The position numbers and the translations under genes are program-made. Of a stretch of 64,000 nt of DNA, positions 51,201 through 61,819 are shown one piece after another (the first letter of the stretch is position 1; each line of letters opens with the position of its first letter). The notes beneath the pieces were generated by a model. That model ran no database searches. It was not told the DNA's origin and saw only the letters and a program-made list of their open reading frames with translations. Origin of the DNA: Selaginella moellendorffii (taxonomy: Eukaryota; Plantae; Lycopodiophyta); the NCBI RefSeq assembly GCF_000143415.4, contig NW_003314282.1, forward strand, positions 2,003,374-2,067,373, given 5' to 3'.

Positions 51201-51960
51201 TAAGCAGGCCTGTACATGCAAATACACATGTGATCAATACATAAGGAGAGTAAGATCAATCCGACGAGCTGGTTTCTCTGCCAGTTTTCCATCCCTTAAT
51301 TCAGCTGTTCTTTGTCAGGTCATGCAAACATTTACTTGCAAAAGGTGTTCGAAGAGGCTAGCTGTCTTTTGCCCTCCGTGGTTTGTTAAGAACTCTCTGT
51401 TTGGAAGGACAAACCCTTAATCCACGTGGTATAAAATCCATGATGACATCTCTTCGCCGTTAACCTCAAAAAAGTAACTCACTTTAAAACAATATACTCC
51501 ACAGAAAAGTTTACTTTTGGCGCCCCTGATGTTATAGTACATCGTTGTAGCGGGTTCCTTTAGCCGCGGATATGCCCGTTTGGAGCTTTGACCGATGACC
51601 TGGCAGGGTGGGACATGGGGCACGGCAAGCGGTTGTGACCAGGAATGGGGACCACGTAGACGAATGTTTAGGGTTCTTGGCGAAAGCGAGTCTTGGCAGG
51701 TCGGGCATGGATTTTAAGGAGGTTGGAGGGCGAAGGGTGGAGGGATGATTGAAGAGCAAGAAGTGTAAGGCTGGTTTTGGAGCTCATTTGAGTTTCTGTA
51801 AGCCCTTTTCTGTATCCATGGACCTCGCTTGGGCATACGTCCAACGTTAAACCGCTACATTGTTCGGCTGTTTACTAAACTATCTCTTTCTAATCCACTG
51901 TGCATTTACCCAATTTGAGCATGCATAAGAAAACTATTTTGGGTAATAAGATTTTATTCT

Positions 51961-53551
51961 TCAGCAAATATTTATGTTGTTTCTGTTTCTATCGTGTAAG
52001 GGACCGCATGAATTTCTTTTGTCCTTGTCCTGCCATAAACACATATAGCTTCTGTGAATATAATGAAAAGTAGAGTGAACCTCAGTTGGAGATAAACTTG
52101 CATATGCAAGCCTGTCACATGCTAGTCTTAGCTCAGACTTTGCCATTGTTTTTGTGGACCACTGTTTGCGGTTAAGATGCCTTCCTGAATTTGTCCTTGA
52201 TTGTGGTGTCAGTAGTTCGATATTTGATGATCTAGGAGGAGGCCCTGGCACCATAATTCTCACTCTTTTATGGCCAGAAACGTTTAGTTCAATGCTTTCT
52301 TCCTCCAGTTTTACATTAGCATCTTGAGCATGTAAAACTAATTAGCCATCCAATAGTCTAAGCGACTTACCAAAACGTGGTGTAGAAGTGTCACAATCGG
52401 GCCTTGTCACCTTACCAAGCAAAGTACGCAATTTCCGTTGCTTCTCTAGGTGCTCTGTACGTTCGAGCTCTCTCTCCAACTCTTTGACTTTCTGCAGGCA
52501 CAAAATGAGGTAAACTCGACTCCACTCTTCCACCAGCTTACCTTTTTCATCAAGGCCCGCGACTGAGCAGCCTGGCCTCTCAAAAAGACCCGTCGTTTAA
52601 GCATATTAGTAGCATCGGATTGCATTGCTTTTTGAAATAGCAGAGACTGTGTCTGGGCAGATGCAGCCTTCCAAGCATTCAGTCTCTCTGGCTGAGGGTT
52701 TGGAAATGGCAAAGCGTGAAAAAATGTAAACTTGTATGTGCTTGGCTTGAAAGGGTTTGCCACACCTGCAGCTAAAAGGGTGTGAATGTTATCACTATAA
52801 ATAAATTAATGGCATACCAATGTTCATTTCGCCATGGTTTGGGTTTTTCGACCGTGAAGAATGCCTTGCGAACCTAACGATGCTTCTTTCTAAGCAGGCG
52901 GCAACTTCCTTAATCTTTTTTCTCTTATTTGCAATCCTCAGGATTTCTTGTAAATTTTCCATCCTATCATTCTCCTTTCCCAATATCAGGTGTTAGCAAT
53001 AAGTTTGAATTCCTGTCAAGAAAAAAAAACCTTTTGCAGTGCTTTCATAAACCTGTGACGCGCAACAGCTCTGGCCTCTTCAGCGTACTTTTGCAGGAAA
53101 TTAACATTTTTCATCTGTAAGGAGCAACTCGTGAGGGTGATAATAATGCGTATAAGTACTCACTTTGTCCAACATAAGTACAGCAGCTGCTCTATGGCCA
53201 TCACCAACGTTATTCAGCGCACATATGCATCTGTTTTCGAGTTCTTTCAGACGATAGTTATGATTTTGCTCCCAATCTTCCTGCAAGGTGGAATCAAGGA
53301 CAGATCGGTTGAAACTACGAGTACCTTCAGCTGGGTGAAGAATGCTTTTAAGTTCTCTTGCCTCCTCTGCAGATACCATTGTACTTCCTGTGATGAAAAC
53401 TGGCGTTCCTGGTCCCGCACCTGAAGGACGCACAATCTTTGTCTACCAAAATCGCATCAAACGTAACCTGCATCATTCGGGCTTTCCTCATCTTCTGCCG
53501 GCAGGATCGCAAATCAGATTCCTGCTGCTCTTTGGTCATGCGATATGCCAT
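51961..53551 (-). CDS. Putative CEP295/Ana1/DDC8 N-terminal-domain protein (centriolar), multi-exon; 3' end uncertain
   Basis: Hand splicing at GT-AG sites (exon1 53551-53468, exon2 53420-53325, exon3 from 53280) gives MAYRMTKEQQESDLRSCRQKMRKARMMQ|VRDQERQFS...QLK|EDWEQ...LKELENRCICALNNVGDGHRAA...ARHRFMKALQK, and later NAWKAA...VFLRGQAA...KELERELERTE. This follows the remembered CEP295 pattern RRRKLRLLQVREQER...AEWE...LASLRSMGEGHRQA...RHKEAL...DARLAA...AHVRG...KELKQL. Confidence 0.68.
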
Positions 53552-53974
53552 GATGCCACTGTTCTTGAAATGGACTCTGACTACCCAAGAATTGCTTCCA
53601 AGAATATTCTTTATCATAATCTTGCAAACAATAAAATAGTTTTTTAATCTGTGCTTCACTAGCAGCCTAGCAACAATTTATATTACAATCTTATGAGAAA
53701 CCTGACACGATGGCGACAGACTGCTGCTAATACCAGAAGAAAACCGATTTAAGGCGTCTTTGAATTTTTGAATCGGCGTTTGGAACTCTTCCACAGCTTT
53801 GTTCTATTTTCTCTTTCACAAATATCTAGAAGTTCAGGGTTTGAGCTTTTCTGCAAAAAGCCCAGCATGTGGAGTTTACATATGCAATATACATAAATGT
53901 CATGCACAAATAAACAATATCGCGACCAGTCCTTTTTTATTAACTGCCAAATAGGGTTTTGCAGTCAAGCGGCA

Positions 53975-55438
53975 ATGGAAGTGCTAGGTTCTAAGCAGGA
54001 CAAATCTGCTGCCATGAGTTCCAAAGTCATGGTACGCACAGCCGCTGGCAGCAAGTAGAAATTCTAGTTATGTGTTTTAGGCATTGCTGCGAAAGCTGTC
54101 AATTGACACTTGGCTTAGAGCGCATGGAAAATCTGTACGCCCTGAGTTGACGAAAAAGCAAAAGCAGGAGCTGAAAGAATGTTTTGAGCTGATTGATTTA
54201 GAAGGATCAGGTGGCAAGTCTTTTCCCATTTTAATGGCTGTTGAGGAACATTTGCAGGTGCCATTGACGGTTGTGAGCTCATGGCAGCATTTAATGTTTT
54301 AGGAATGCATGTGACTAGGTCCGAAATAGATAGGCTTTTGGACGAGGTGGACGAAGCCAAATGTGGTGAGGTTCGAACTTCTTTTGCTTTTTCCGGGTAG
54401 AACCTTGATAGTTTTTGTCCAGGTTGAGTATCCTGACTTTGTTCGTATTATGAAGTCCAAGCTCGAAACCCAATCTGAAGACTCTAATGATGAAGATTGT
54501 AAAAACACAACTTTACTCCTTTCCTAGAGTATCAATGTTGTTCCTTCTAATTTAGCGAAGCTCAAAGGCCAACAGCTTCCATTCCAGCTTCTTGCACGCG
54601 CATATCGGCGCAAGAAGGTTTGAGTAAATTAATTAAATTACATTTTGCCTATTTTTAATTTTCAGCTTATCGAGGCAGTGATGATTGGCGATAAAACTGC
54701 TCAAGAACGCTTGAGAGCAAAAGCTCTTGAAGCTGAAGCAGAACACCTGTCTGTGCTGGCTGCTATGGAAGCAGAAAGACAAAATCCGGTCTGTTTGGAA
54801 TTTTCATCTATTAGAGATTTGCTTTTTAGTTGCCCCAGACTTTGGCTTATGACGAAAAGGACTTGCGGACAATGTCTGACATCAACTACCAGGTTGGTAG
54901 CATATATGAAGATGACTGTTCTCTTATCTTTGGCATACAGAAACTGAGGCAGGCTCAAGTTCGAGACAAGCACATCAGTACGCTTTGATCTTCGTTCAGG
55001 TAGCTAGTTACCTCTGCATCAGTTGCAGATCGCTCGTTTCCAAGCTACGTTGTGGATAGCCTTGACGAAGATGTAAAGAAAATACTCTATGGAGTTCAGG
55101 AAAACGAAATTCCAGCTGCCACTGACGAAGACAGCTTGTTTGCGGGTAATGATACATATTAGTCAAAAACTGAAATGCATAATGGTTCAGCTGTTTTCAT
55201 ACAACCCGGGCAAGAGATAAAGCCTATCAGTTTGAGCAAGCAGATAAAAGACTCTTACAAGACAGAGCTAGCAGATGTCAGTCAGCGCCATTGCAAGGTT
55301 GGGCATTTGACTTTATTTTTCTAAAGGTAGAGTAAAGTAAAAACACAGGTTCGGCATAAGCCCGTGCTTGAGCAGCAGATGATTCACCTGAAGGCACTCA
55401 AGTCTTTGCAAGAAGCTCAACAAAGAAAAAGTTTGTAA
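53975..55438 (+). CDS. Centrin-like protein with a single EF-hand pair and a novel C-terminal region, multi-exon
   Basis: ELTKKQKQELKECFELIDLEGS|GAIDGCELMAAFNVLGM..TRSEIDRLLDEVDEAKCGE|VEYPDFVRIMKSK resembles the centrin N-lobe. It continues LPFQLLARAYRRKK|LIEAV and helical segments. TAA at 55436-55438. Confidence 0.75.
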
Positions 55439-57260
55439 GAAGGGGGAACAACTATTATCCTCGACTATGTATCCTTTGCCACCAATTACTATGTTGCTGG
55501 CATGGATCCCTGGGTAAAGTGGATTTGAAATTTAAAAGTGGACTTTAATTTCTCTCAGCGACTCGCACTTCATCCTCACCCCAACAGACTTCCCTCTACT
55601 GTGAACATTGGTGAGGCTGGGGCCGTCCATGCAGACACCGGTGGAATATGCTGCTGCGGAGAACGTCGCACCTCTTGGAAATGCCGTCATCCTATGGGAG
55701 TTTTTGACAAGTCATCCATGGTATCAAATCTACAAACTCCGTTCTTGACAAGGGAAATGGCACATTGGACTGCACTCGCAATCACCCAAGCGCTATTTCC
55801 ATGACGGGGTGCACCGCTGCAAGAAGAGAGCCCGTTCCGTTTAGTTAACCGATTAGAGCGACCTCTCGCACAGGAAAGAAGCAGATGAAGGTAAGGGGGC
55901 TCTGTCTTCTAAGTGGAAAAAGCAAGGCTTTTACGTCTCGTTGGAGGGACCAAGTACCGGGGGCATGGCATTCTCGGTTCTTCATGGTCGGAAGAAGCCG
56001 GCTGCGACATGGGCTGAAGAATCTTCCGAGGAGGAGATCAACATTCTGTCACTGTCTTTGGAGGAACTTCATGGAGAGGTAAGCGTCTTGCATCAGCAGG
56101 AGCTGAAAGACGCTCAAGGTGGTCAAGGGATCCAGGAGGATGGAATGGCCTATAGGCGACAAGAGGATCTTGAACGACAAATGGAAGAAAGGATGCAAAG
56201 GAGCTACTGTGGTGTAGCCGATCCAAGAACACCAGGCCGGCAAGCATCCGGGGTGCAGGACGTTCACAAGGAGTGGGTTTCCGGGATCTCGGACAACTAG
56301 AAACTTCCTTTTTTGGGAATGTTGGCATAGACTTTGATCCAGGCGTCTTCTATGCAACTTCTGAAAGTATGAGAGGCAGCTCAGAGCAATCGTGGACCAT
56401 GGCTGTTGGACATAGAAGCGATCTCAACAGCTGGAACAGCCAATCATGTTGCTAAAGTCGAGAGAATTCCCAATGTACAATGCGGGACAAGAAGGGAAAG
56501 AAGGAATTGGCCAGAGCGGGTCAAGGAAGAAGAGGAGAGAGAAAGATGTAGGAAAATGAGAAACACAACCTACCTTCAGCCACTCCTTTATATCGTGTGC
56601 TCATACCAAGAAGTGGCTGTTTCCTTTACCAAGCTCTTCTCCTTTAGCTTCAGGTGCTGGATTCTTTGTTCAGCCGGTGTCTTCATGGCATCACTCATGG
56701 GAGCATCATCCACCAAGCCAGTGGGGCAAACATTCAGTGATCCCGGTGTTTGGTCCTCTTGATATTTTCACTCCAAGAAAGCTGCTGCTATGGGCGTTTC
56801 CGTTGGTTCACAGCCGAGCAGCGAGAATTGCCAAAGCAAAAGTTCTATTGATAAACCAGCTTTTAGCTCACTCTCACAGGTTTGATTTTCACACGAGGCT
56901 CAACAAATGGCCCAATGCTGCTGAGCTCTTCAGATCAGTGGCACCCAACCTGGTCTACTTAGAAGGGAAAAAACTCTGTAGGGATGATCCTCAGAGTAGT
57001 CTCCTCCTATGCAAGTGTTTCTGTGACTAAGTACGACAAACACTGTGACCAAGTAACAAGCCTTTGAACATCATATTCTTGACCACATTGGAACAGAAAA
57101 ACAAAAAGGAAAGGTTTAGCCACAGCTAGGCTCGCTCACTTTCATACCACCCAGTGAGACTGCACCATTTACAAAAATGATATCTGCGAGAACTAGAAAA
57201 CGATGCAAGTGTTCGCGAGAAAAGAAAAGTATATTTGTTGTAAAATGATTTATGCCAACC

Positions 57261-57314
57261 TGTAACAAGACCCTAAGCCAACTGGCTAAAGGGGTTCAGA
57301 CCTGGTGCCTAAGA
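57261..57314 (-). repeat. Internally deleted ~54-bp antisense copy of the TRIM LTR
   Basis: The reverse complement reads tcttaggcaccaggtc..acccctttagccagttggcttagggt..ttaca, matching both ends of the LTRs at 58626 and 58846. Confidence 0.7.
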
Positions 57315-57681
57315 TGCAGGGCTTTGAAACCAGTGGCAGAAAGATTCAAGGCTCAGGAAAACTTCACATATCCCAAGTTTTCCTTCAAGGACAACTTGTG
57401 GTGGGGACATTGCATCCGCAACTGCTAACAGGTTTTCCAAGAATGCCATGAGGGAGCTTTGGTGACACATAGTAGAAAAATCTTTGTGCACCACTAACTT
57501 TTTATTGAATTTTCTTTTTTCTCATAGATATTGAGAATGTGGGAAGCTCAAAATCAATACTGCCTCGAAGAGCTCTAGCATTTTCTTGTTTGGGCATTCC
57601 TTGCATTCCAGAGTGTTAAGCGCCAGCTTTGACTACGTGGTCAACATCAGTCAAAGGGAGGCTCAAGGGTATATTAAGGCA

Positions 57682-58949
57682 TGTTAGGGTAAGGGACTTA
57701 ACTTACCCTAAGGCTCACAGTGGAGCGGAGGTGCAGTGGAGCTTTTGAGGTAGCTCGGGGGTGGTTGGGTGGTGAGGAACCTCAAGAGGTGGCGTAGCGT
57801 AGTCTAGGGCAACTTGATCTCTGTCTTTTTGCATTGGATCATAACATTGGTATTAGAGGGGATTGTTAGGCACCAAGTCAGGATAATAGGATATGGAAAG
57901 GCCTTCCGGGCGAGGGGGAGAGAGGCAGCAGTGTGGTCCTCCAAGCTTCCAAGGGAGGCAAGCCTTGGGGGCGGCACGGCTGCTTGGCAAGGGCCAGCGT
58001 CATGCGGCGGGAAAGGGGAGGGGCCCCCACCTGCCGTGCGATGGAGGGAGGAAGGGGGGAGGACTCTCCCGGGCTTGAAGCGCACGGAGAAGGCGCAGGC
58101 TGAGCCTCAGCCTGCGTGCGCGTGAGGGAAGGGGGGAAGGCCCTGCCCGCCTGCCACGTGGCACAGAAAAGGGGGGAGGGGGAAAAAAAAGTGGCCCGGA
58201 ATGTCTGGGGCACAAAACGCGCGATTTTTCGCGAAAAGTTGATAAGGTACCATGTGTTCCACAGGCTTTTTTTGGGGCCCAAAATGCGCGATTTTTCACG
58301 AAAAGTTGGGGAGGTACCCCACATTTCACAGGGCACGTTTTGGGGCCCAAAAAGCATGATTTTTCGTGAAAAGTTGCAAGGGTACCACGTGTTCCATGGG
58401 CTTTAGTTGGCTTAGGGTGTAAGGGATAGGATCCTAACAATGGTATCGGAGCCCAGTTCGATTCTCGTGGCCGACGAGTGGGGCAGGAATATTCTGAAGG
58501 AATATTCAACACGGTGGATCTAGAGGGAGAACCAAGGTTTGGTAGACCCTAAGAGAAGGACCATGGTGACCGGAGGGTGGCCTAAGTATAATCACGGATG
58601 ATCATTCCTTGACGAAGGGGAGGATTGTTAGGCACCAGGTCAGGATAATAGGATAAGGAAAGAGCCCTGCAATAAAGTGATCACCCCTTTAGCTAGTTGG
58701 CTTAGGGTGTAGGGTGTAAGGGATAGGATCCTAACACAAAGTACCAAGTGGTCTATGTCTATTAGATTGAATCATTCAAAGCCTCGCAAACACTACAAAT
58801 ATGGTTAGCATTTTGAAATGATCATTCCCTGACGAGAGGGAGGATTGTTAGGCACCAAGTCAGGATAATAGGATAAGGAAAGGGCCCTGCAATAAAGTGA
58901 TCACCCCTTTAGCCAGTTGGCTTAGGGTGTAAGGGATAGGATCCTAACA
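57682..58949 (+). mobile_element. Non-autonomous TRIM-like LTR element array
   Basis: TG..CA LTRs with shared ends (tgttaggcacca...gataggatcctaaca) at 57864-58439, 58626-58736 and 58846-58949. The tRNA-iMet PBS TGGTATCGGAGC is at 58441. Polypurine tracts (gaaggggaggat) precede LTR2 and LTR3. The internal region is only ~185 bp and non-coding. A further tgtta..taaca LTR-like unit at 57682-57846 is followed by PBS-like TGGTATTAGAG. Confidence 0.82.
58206..58400 (+). repeat. ~68-bp tandem repeat x3 inside the long LTR
   Basis: Units start at ~58206, 58273 and 58341: tggggc(a/c)caaaa..gatttttc(gc/ac/gt)gaaaagttg...ggtacc. Confidence 0.85.
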
Positions 58950-59949
58950 CAGAGTACCAAGTGGTCCATGTCTATTGGATTGAATCATTCAAAGTCTCAC
59001 AAACATTACAAATATAGCTTGCCTCTTCAAAATGCTAACCATAAGATTCAAAGCACACTTGCACACACAATAATTTGTCCCAATTCATGCACATCAATTC
59101 GTTCAAAAGGATAATAAAAGTTCTTTTCTGTGCATGGTTGTGGCAAGACGCATGAACACCACCGAGAAGAGATCCAGGTTCTGCATGAGAAAAAGTAGAT
59201 AAAGATCACTAAGAAAAAGATTATAAGACAATCACTCACCTTACCTCACAACAACGATTTCTGGCTATCAATAGCACATCTTGCTTGACTTGATGAATGA
59301 CGGCTGCTTCTGGTGTTTACTCCCTTGGTTACTATTGTAGCCAGGACAGTCCCTTATGGCAGCATTGCCTAGTCGTAGTGCAGTATTGTAAACAAGTTAA
59401 CAACACCATCACTCATATCCCGACAGGTTCCAGTCCATTGGAAAAAATAAAAAAATCTTTCAAAAATGTACTTAAAAGAAAAACAAGAAGCTACCTTGGT
59501 TGCCAGTGGTTCAATATGGTGCTTAAATTCCCCCCTAGAACTTGAGAATATTTGGCAAACTTTGAATGTGCACACAAGAACTTTGTCGTATCTACACTAT
59601 TCAATCGTGATACCCAAGGGCTTAGAGGCAATTTTATATAAAATTGACCATTAAGAAGCAACACATATGAAGTTAGAGGAAGAAGTATATGGAAAGCATC
59701 ACAACACACATCTTGCTTGCTCTACCTTGTTTGGCAAATGCTCAACCTGGATCCCTACTCCATACATCACCATAGTTATCATATTAGTGTCAACCATCAG
59801 ATTGGTATGAGCTCTAGAAATAGTTTAGCATATTTGAAGTTAAACAAAGAGCAATGTTAAGCAAAGAATCTTACTATGCTATTATAAAGAACTACAAAAA
59901 AATATTTTTAAATAAAATTTTATTTACATGTTTATGTTTTTGCAATATC

Positions 59950-61680
59950 TCCGTATATATCACATTTGTGTGTATGTTGTGCTACTTTGCTTATCAAGAC
60001 ATTGACCCTTATATTCATCAATACACAATTAGTTTATCTTTTCTTTATAGTGCTACATATAATTTTTCATGACCAAAAATAGGCTTACACAAATATATGC
60101 TTACATTGCTTAGTGTCTGACTTTATGATTTACATAATGTAACAAAAACAAAGCAAATCATTTTGGAAATTAGTGTCTCTTTAATACAAATGGCATGTCC
60201 CCTTTAGTTGATTTGAGAACAATCCTTGGTAACAAAACTTTTTTTCCTTCTCTATTTCCTTGTAAGAGTCTTGCTTCCAAAATATTATATAGTATGTCAT
60301 TATTAGTTTCATGCCATTGCCACTTTTTGTGTCAAGTTTTCTTAGTAATGCTCTCAACTTTTATATTTAGATTGTGTAGTGGCATTCTAGAAAGTGTGAT
60401 TGAGTTAAGAAACTTCACAGGATAATTCAGAGTTTTTTCAAAGAAAATTCTCCATGGCATGAAATAAGATAGAGGTCAAAAAGGTGGTGAAAGATGGTGG
60501 TTTAGCAGGGAATCTTGTCCAAAAATTGTGATAATTTTTAAAACTAATGAGTTTTACAAGAGTAGTAGGAGAAAAAGTAGGCTATGAAATCTCAACTATA
60601 GCAGATTCTTCAATTGAATCATTTTCAAATGTATTTATGTTTCTAAAAGTCATTAACCTCCCTCTTTTAAGACTTGTTCATTCAAATCTAAAGAATGGTC
60701 ATTTAACATTCTTAGTCTTCTAACTGCAGTTAGTATAATCCCTCTCTTCAAAACATAGTTTATCATTTTATCTTTGATATGCACTTTATTGGCAATTTTT
60801 TCATTTGGTCCTTATGTCCTTGTAGAGAGGGTAATTATCCATTACCCAACTTCATTAGTCACTCTGACCACAATATTTATATGTATTTTCCTTTTTAAAG
60901 TAAATATAATAATTGATGACTATAATGGACTGGACTTAATGCTATTTTGTACAATTTAATCCCATCTTTTTTCTTTTTAGAACTGGTAGTGTTTGTCTAA
61001 AATCACCAAAAGAAAATAAAATATTTAATTGTTTAAACTCTTTATCTTCTGTTTTATATCACAAGTCAGCCACTTCACAGCTCTAAAAGCATGTGCAAGT
61101 ACTATACTTATTTCATTATAAATGAGGAAATTGGTATTTTGAATGTGTTTAATAGCACTTGAATTTTCTCTCACATCAAAAGTGCATATTTCAGCTATTG
61201 ATATAAATAGTTTAAATGTTTAATAAACAATTTATCTGTTGATAAGTAATATAATAGCAATCCTAGTCTATACAACTACTATCACATTCTTTCCTATAGG
61301 TTTTCATGTAATAGTATTATTTTGAATAAGAATGATTTTTCAATGCCTCTAACATCATCAATAAAAATTAGTTGTGGTTTACTCTTGTCATAGAGAGATA
61401 TAATAAATGTGTCAAACATTTTGCATTAATCACTATTTAAACTGCTAATATTTTATCCAAATCAAACTCTCAAATTGCATCATATTATCTTCAAATATAA
61501 CCTTGTATTCACATGAAAATTGTGGTATATCTTTAATACTTAAGTCAAAATCTTGTATTGTTGTTCAAACATTTAAGATAATTCTATAAGAAGAATATTA
61601 TAACACAAAGCATCAGTTTCATACTTTCTAATTAAATTTTTCTTTCTTTTAATAGATCATTTTCTAATAAACCTGTTACA
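59950..61680 (-). mobile_element. Decayed Helitron PIF1-family helicase (Rep/Hel) remnant; boundaries approximate
   Basis: Minus-strand motifs in the expected order: FIDDVRGIEKSFL (Walker A, cf. FIDGPGGTGKT), LIYNEI..AHAF.AV (cf. IWDEA), GDFRQTLPV, YPVKFLNS...MPLH.L..KV, KVLLPRI.L...DMPFVLKR, SQTL..V.IYL.KPIFGH.KLYVAL. Many stops. Confidence 0.85.
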
Positions 61681-61716
61681 TCTCTCTCTCTATATATATA
61701 CATATACATATATTTG

Positions 61717-61773
<57 letters not shown>

Positions 61774-61819
61774 GTATATGTATATATGTATATACATATA
61801 TACATATATATATGTATGT
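61681..61819. repeat. (TC)n/(TA)n/(TATG) microsatellite complex
   Basis: Direct inspection of the sequence. Confidence 0.95.

Noticed and set aside
53101-53433. 110-aa ORF MRPSGAGPGTP... taken at face value
   Set aside because: Its first half is the wrong frame plus intron. Only the EDWEQ...GDGHRAA part belongs to the spliced CEP295-like protein.
55500-57100. Short ORFs and exon-like pieces downstream of the centrin-like gene
   Set aside because: No recognisable domain and frames are interrupted; left unannotated.
57864-58949. Cassandra (5S rRNA-bearing) TRIM or CRISPR-like array
   Set aside because: No 5S box A/C sequence seen in the LTRs. The repeats lack unique spacers and the context is eukaryotic.
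59040-59800. Gene-like fragment (IWQTLNVHTRTL...KLEEEVYGKH)
   Set aside because: Contains an in-frame stop and the family was not identifiable from memory.
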